Shown here: positions 58,275 through 64,000 of the stretch, in pieces | Layout: every line of letters starts with the position of its first letter | Numbering within the stretch: the stretch's first letter is position 1 | From: the human T2T-CHM13v2.0 reference genome, Homo sapiens | NCBI RefSeq assembly: GCF_009914755.1 | Contig: NC_060936.1 | Strand: one strand, 5' to 3' | Length of the DNA: 64,000 nt | The notes under the pieces: generated by a model | Databases searched by the model: none | What the model was told of the DNA's origin: nothing | What the model saw: the letters and a program-made list of their open reading frames with translations, nothing else | Program-made: the position numbers and the translations under genes

Positions 58275-59476
58275 TGTGTTAGGCATCCTCCTAAGATGGT
58301 CCCCAAGATGGCAGACCCCTGGAATCATCTGTACAATTTCCTCTCTTTTCACAGGTAAGGGATTTTATAAACATAATAAGATTTCTTTCCTGTAATTGGG
58401 TTACATTGAATAACAAAGGTGAAGGGATTACACAGATGTAATGAAGGTCCCTACTCACTTGGCTCTGAGTTAATCAAAAGGGAGATTATCCTAAGTGGGC
58501 CTGACCTAATCAGGTGAGCTCTTGATAAGAGGGTGCTGGCCTTCCCTGAGAGATTCAAAGCAGCACAAATGCTCTCCTGTTGGATTTGTAGAAACATAAT
58601 GCTATGCTGTGAAAAGGGCCACTTAGGGCTGCAGTCCTCCAGCTATAAGAACTGAATTCTGCTGTTGGGGCTCAGAAAACAATATCCCAGAATGAAACCT
58701 CAAACGCAGCCTGGAAAGAAAAAGTTCTTCTCTGACCTCCTACCCTTCTGTCTCTCAGTCCCATTCTCCCCTGAGGCTATCCATAGAAACCAGAACTCCT
58801 TTTCCCCAAAGGCAGCCATAAACCTAAAAATGTTACTCTAACTTTCCCTCTGCCCTGTCTACGTAAAAACTGGCCATAAAGAAATTATCTGACTTACCTT
58901 GTTTAACTGTGGATGATAAGACCCCCATTCCAGAGAGGGTTCTGCCCTATACCCAGAAGGAAGGAATACTGCACAGAGAAGCCAAGAAGAATCTAGACAG
59001 ACAGGCCTTACTGAGTTTCCCATTCAGTTTATTAGCATTTGATTGTACCTTTTTTGTCCAATCCCATTTCGACACGGCTGTCCATAATTTGCTGAACCTA
59101 GGCATAAAAATGGAAAATTGCCCCCATTCTGAAGGCTCCCGTGTTTACTTACATGTTAAATAAATTTGTATGCCTTTTCTTCTGTAAATAGGCTTTTATG
59201 AGTTGATTTTTCAGCGAACCTTCAAGGGGCTAAGGGGAACATTACCCTTGGCCACTATACTGCCAACAACCTATGAGCCTGGAAGAGGATCCCAAGTCTC
59301 AGATGAAACCAGGACCTCAGCCAACACCTTGATTTCAGCCTCATGAGATCCTAAGCAGAGGGTACAGTAAAGCCACATATGGTGCCTAACCAAAAAAACT
59401 ATGAGATAATAAAGATGTGTTTTGGAAGCTGCTAAACTGGTGTTGATTTGTTACATAGCAATTAAAAACTAATATA
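58275..59476 (+). mobile_element. MLT1E-like MaLR LTR interrupted by an ERV1 LTR
   Basis: gagttaatcaaaagggagattatcc; gaactgaattctgc|caacaacc rejoins across the insert; near-TSD ccaac/caaac. Confidence 0.8.
58663..59259 (+). mobile_element. MER39-like ERV1 solo LTR
   Basis: tgttggggctcagaaaacaata start; 4-bp TSD CTGC at 58659-58662 and 59260-59263. Confidence 0.8.
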
Positions 59477-60189
59477 CAAACACTACGGTATTTGTTTTCT
59501 TCATTAATTAAACATAACGTATCCTCACTTCTGTATCCATCAGTAAGGCAAGGTTCTGTGATAAAGACCTGCCTGCATTGTACGTCTGTATGGTTCCTTT
59601 CCCTATCCCAAATCTTAGATGCATATTTTGATTGATGATGATTGTCCTTGATCTAAGAGATGATGTGATATCCTGCTACCCCATTCTTCAACCCCCTCAG
59701 ACACTGGGATCATTGTAGAATGATTCATAACATTCCCTGGGACCCCAACACATGGTGTTCTAACGTTTCTCAGTCTACAATACAGTAGTCCCTAAATCAC
59801 ATGACAACTTTTCCTATTGTAGAAAAAGTGCACGCAGAGGCGATGTGGTGGCTGATCTGCGGCAGCAGATGAGGTCCTGTATTCTGCTCCTGCCCCACAC
59901 TGACCAGATGCCCATTTAGACAAGGTTTCCCCTGCTTCCACTCATAGACACAGTTATCTCTCAGACTCAAGGTGGCCTCCAAGTCCTTAGCATCCACTTC
60001 TTGTAGAAGCAGTGCCTTCCCCTTTGCAGGCCAGTGACTTTTTTTAGATTCTCAAACACAAAGTGACTGATCATTCACCTTTTCCTTGGCCTGATTGACT
60101 ATAGGAATACCAGAATGGTGGTGGAGAGGGGTAAGGAGTTGGTGTAATGTTTCACACCTCAAAGGTATTCACCAACACTAGGTCACAAG

Positions 60190-60207
60190 CTCTATCTCTC
60201 TCTCTTT

Positions 60208-60243
<36 letters not shown>
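60190..60243. repeat. (TC)n(CA)n compound microsatellite
   Basis: Direct read. Confidence 0.9.
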
Positions 60244-60244
<1 letters not shown>

Positions 60245-60968
60245 TCTCTGGAAGGTCATCTCATCACAGATTTACAGCCCTGTAATCACCCTTGAATGAA
60301 CCTCTTCGGGAGGTACTTGGGAAAGCAAGGAGAGAAGACAGCTTGCTCATTCTGTCACATGCATTATTGGATTTGGGCAATTATTTTAATCCCCATAGTA
60401 GAAACTTGCTCATATTTCCATATTGGTACAAACTCTTCAGTCTACTTAAGTGGATATCCAAGGAACTATTTAATTTCCAACTTAATAGTATCATGGGGAA
60501 AAAAGACAATAACAAAACAATTTTGAGTCAAATAAATGGTCTCATATGAATGGCATCTGCAATACCTTCAACAACTAGGCAGAAGATATATGATGCTATC
60601 ATAGTTTTCTTTTAAAAAATCACCAAAGCAGTTTCATCTTTAACACCCTACCTAAGATTTCTAAATGATAGCCTATCAAATTATATCCCCATTAGGTATA
60701 TAATAGCTCCTTTCTTACCTTAGATAAATATATTCTTGTTTCACAAGTTTTTTTAAAAGGCTTTGCTTGAAATTAAAATCTGACCAACAAACTAGAGCAG
60801 AGATAATTCCTCAGTGTCAATAGGCTTCCTTGGAAACTTACCCACATATAACCAATGCAGCTTCACTCGTGTATAGAATATACTGACAGAGAAAAAGAAA
60901 ATACAGATGACATTACAATCATAAACACCCTATTTCCTGTTTTTAAAAAAACATGTCTTCAGAAGTGC

Positions 60969-64000
<3,032 letters not shown>

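Overview
Human (hominid) non-coding genomic DNA, AT-rich and roughly half interspersed repeats. The human assignment rests on an L1HS-Ta element at the 3' end plus AluY/S/J, L1PA/PB/MA/MC/ME, MaLR/ERV LTRs, MIR, L2 and hAT/Tigger fossils. I find no supportable cellular CDS, RNA gene or CRISPR array: all long ORFs are L1 ORF2 fragments or Alu/LTR read-throughs. I cannot support a new multi-gene system. The most unusual signals are mechanistic and regulatory. (1) A Tigger3 copy (32.0-33.9 kb) carries an 85-bp templated copy of unique DNA from 1,981 bp upstream, a 46-bp-arm fold-back inversion, a short triplication and an AluJ with an orphan 3' extension. (2) A twin-primed L1PA2 has a short 3' transduction tag and a TSD that overlaps the TSD of an adjacent AluY. 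(3) A very young L1HS-Ta1 sits antisense inside an L1PA8. (4) A CpG-retaining unique segment (~51.8-52.2 kb) holds adjacent GAS and ISRE motifs, a perfect 13-bp hairpin and a 27-bp near-identical copy 1.87 kb upstream. Repeat subfamily names come from recalled consensus sequences, not a RepeatMasker run, and boundaries of old elements are approximate.
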